A stretch of DNA of 64,000 nucleotides, taken from positions 146,503 to 210,502 of the forward strand of contig DIDS01000014.1 of NCBI GenBank assembly GCA_002418265.1, written 5' to 3'. The position numbers were made by a program, and so were the translations under genes. Every line of letters begins with the position of its first letter. Within the stretch, counting starts at the first letter, position 1. The DNA is from Acidimicrobiia bacterium UBA5794 (lineage in GTDB: Bacteria > Actinomycetota > Acidimicrobiia > Spongiisociales > UBA5794). This document shows positions 62,748 to 64,000 of the stretch, one piece after another. A model generated the notes under the pieces. The model saw only the letters and a program-made list of their open reading frames with translations. It made no database searches and had not been told where the DNA came from.

Positions 62748-63299
62748 GTGAGCATCGAGATCGACCGGAAACGCCGGTTCGAAACTGTCGCTGCCGAGGT
62801 TTCGGACCCCGTGCAGCGGTACCTGCGTCGCCGCGCCACGGCGGACGACGCAGATGACGCGTATTCTGAAACGCTCCTGACCATCTGGCGCAGACTCGAT
62901 GATGTTCCGCCAAATGCAGCCCTTCCGTGGGCATACGGCATAGCGCGCAAGGTGCTCGCCAACCAGCACCGAGCGACCAGACGACGCCTCCGCCTGATCG
63001 ATCGGGTCGGTACGTCGGCACCGGAACGACCGATTCTCGGTCCTGGGGAAGCGGACGACTTCCCTGAGGTACGGGAGGCCCTTTCACGACTTTCAGAAGC
63101 GGATCAGGAAGTTTTGACCCTGTGGGCATGGGAAGAACTTGAACCCCGCGAGATTGCAGCTGTCCTCGATACGACACCCAACGCCGTAAGTCTTCGCCTG
63201 ACGCGGGCGAAGACAAAGCTGGCACACGAGCTTGAACGACAGAGTGGAACCGATGCCGGACATGAACCGATTGAGACGAAGGAGGATCATCAATCATGA
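62748..63299 (+). CDS. ECF-type sigma-70 family RNA polymerase sigma factor
   Basis: Region 2 reads DADDAYSETLLTIWRR. Region 4 reads DQEVLTLWAWEELEPREIAAVLDTTPNAVSLRLTRAKTKL. GTG start. Confidence 0.85.
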   Translation: MSIEIDRKRRFETVAAEVSDPVQRYLRRRATADDADDAYSETLLTIWRRLDDVPPNAALPWAYGIARKVLANQHRATRRRLRLIDRVGTSAPERPILGPGEADDFPEVREALSRLSEADQEVLTLWAWEELEPREIAAVLDTTPNAVSLRLTRAKTKLAHELERQSGTDAGHEPIETKEDHQS

Positions 63300-63892
63300 A
63301 CGATGACCTGAGAGCCATATTGCGATCGGTCGACCCGATGCCTTCCGACGTCCCAACCGAATCCGTGACGAGCCCCCAAGGTCGTCACCGACTGGAGGAC
63401 ATCATGTCTACTCACATCAGTGAACAGAAAACCAACACCAACCGTTCACGGACACCGTGGTTCGCAGCCGCTGCGGCCGTCGCGGCCGCGATCGTGGCGG
63501 TCAGCGTGATCGCCGTAGGCCCCAAGGGTGAACAGCCGGTAGCAAGCACTCCTCTTGCACTGACAGCTGGCGAATCGAACACCCTCGCTTCGTGCATCAT
63601 GATGACACCCGAGATCATTGCTGAATCCGAGGTCGCATTTGCCGGTATCGTGACGGCGATCGACGGAGAGACCGTGACGCTCGAGGTCACCAAATGGTAT
63701 GCCGGTGGCGACAACGCCACCGTGATCGTGACCGCTCCCGCCGGCTTCGAGGCGCTGATCGGAAACGTTCCGTTTGCCGAAGGAGGAAACTTCCTGGTAT
63801 CAGCAACGGACGGTGTTGTGAACTACTGCGGCATGAGCGGCGAGGCCACAGCTGAGCTGCAGGCCCTGTACGACGCGGCGTTCCCCGAATAA
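63296..63892 (+). CDS. candidate anti-sigma factor (single-pass membrane protein)
   Basis: ATGA overlap with the sigma gene. It has a short cytoplasmic N-terminus, one TM helix (WFAAAAAVAAAIVAVSVIAV) and an extracytoplasmic domain. Confidence 0.6.
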   Translation: MNDDLRAILRSVDPMPSDVPTESVTSPQGRHRLEDIMSTHISEQKTNTNRSRTPWFAAAAAVAAAIVAVSVIAVGPKGEQPVASTPLALTAGESNTLASCIMMTPEIIAESEVAFAGIVTAIDGETVTLEVTKWYAGGDNATVIVTAPAGFEALIGNVPFAEGGNFLVSATDGVVNYCGMSGEATAELQALYDAAFPE

Positions 63893-63919
63893 CGACACGC
63901 TCCGCTCGCCAAACGGAAG

Positions 63920-63945
63920 AGAGCCCTGGCTGCCGCCAGGGCTCT
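63920..63945 (+). terminator. perfect 11-bp hairpin AGAGCCCTGGC-tgcc-GCCAGGGCTCT after the anti-sigma gene
   Basis: Read directly from the sequence. It lies 28 nt after the stop. It has no T-tract. Confidence 0.55.
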
Positions 63946-64000
63946 GCTCATGTGCCGTCACCGTGTTCGGATCAGCAAGGTCGCCGATCTCATGATCGAT

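Noticed and set aside
63948-64000. Possible 3' end of a minus-strand gene at the right window edge.
   Set aside because: The frame ending at the TCA at 63948 contains another stop only 8 codons upstream. The other open frame has no recognisable stop or motif within the 53 nt available.
1-64000. Scan for CRISPR arrays, tRNA/rRNA genes, transposases and integrases.
   Set aside because: I saw no regularly spaced direct repeats, no cloverleaf-compatible intergenic segment (intergenic regions are short) and no ORF with DDE, serine- or tyrosine-recombinase motifs. This was a by-eye scan, so tRNAscan or Infernal should confirm it.

Overview
This is a high-GC (roughly 60% or more by eye), very gene-dense segment with about 64 CDS. 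I saw no rRNA, tRNA, CRISPR array, transposase or integrase. Gene content points to an actinobacterium: DUF559/AbiEi-type proteins, MMPL, a Ddn-like F420 enzyme, DUF3558-like lipoproteins and MazEF. This taxonomic call is inference.

The left 25 kb is a catabolic island for CoA-activated aromatic acids.
- It opens with a BcrA/BcrD-type ATPase whose 5' end is cut by the window edge.
- A nine-gene minus-strand operon (13259 down to 3692) encodes DUF35, thiolase, a PrpF-like isomerase, a 4-hydroxybenzoyl-CoA-reductase-type molybdoenzyme (HcrCAB-like) and the ring-cleavage trio Had/Oah(BamA)/Dch.
- A divergent twelve-gene plus-strand operon (13588 to 25379) has almost every gene junction overlapping. 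It encodes a LeuA-like synthase, IorA, an IorB-ferredoxin fusion, a three-subunit 2-oxoacid:ferredoxin oxidoreductase, an embedded TetR, a family III CoA-transferase, a crotonase, an SDR and a LeuCD-like dehydratase. A Cys-rich PAS-LuxR regulator follows.

The rest is mixed accessory and housekeeping content.
- A B12-type radical SAM gene reads C-U-A-E-P through an in-frame TGA, so it is a probable selenoprotein that the ORF track truncates.
- A membrane-lipid-type operon carries a Mo-oxidoreductase/cytochrome b fusion, a kinase-flippase fusion and PAP2.
- There are two paralogous GH-A/discoidin lipoproteins, mazEF, and a kinase plus class III aminotransferase pair.
- A low-GC two-gene cassette sits next to a TPCP-type P1B ATPase.
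- A TetR/MMPL locus, an operon for a 963-aa orphan lipoprotein, and an ECF sigma/anti-sigma pair complete the window.

Two small repeat families occur in intergenic DNA. One brackets a DUF559 gene in inverted orientation.
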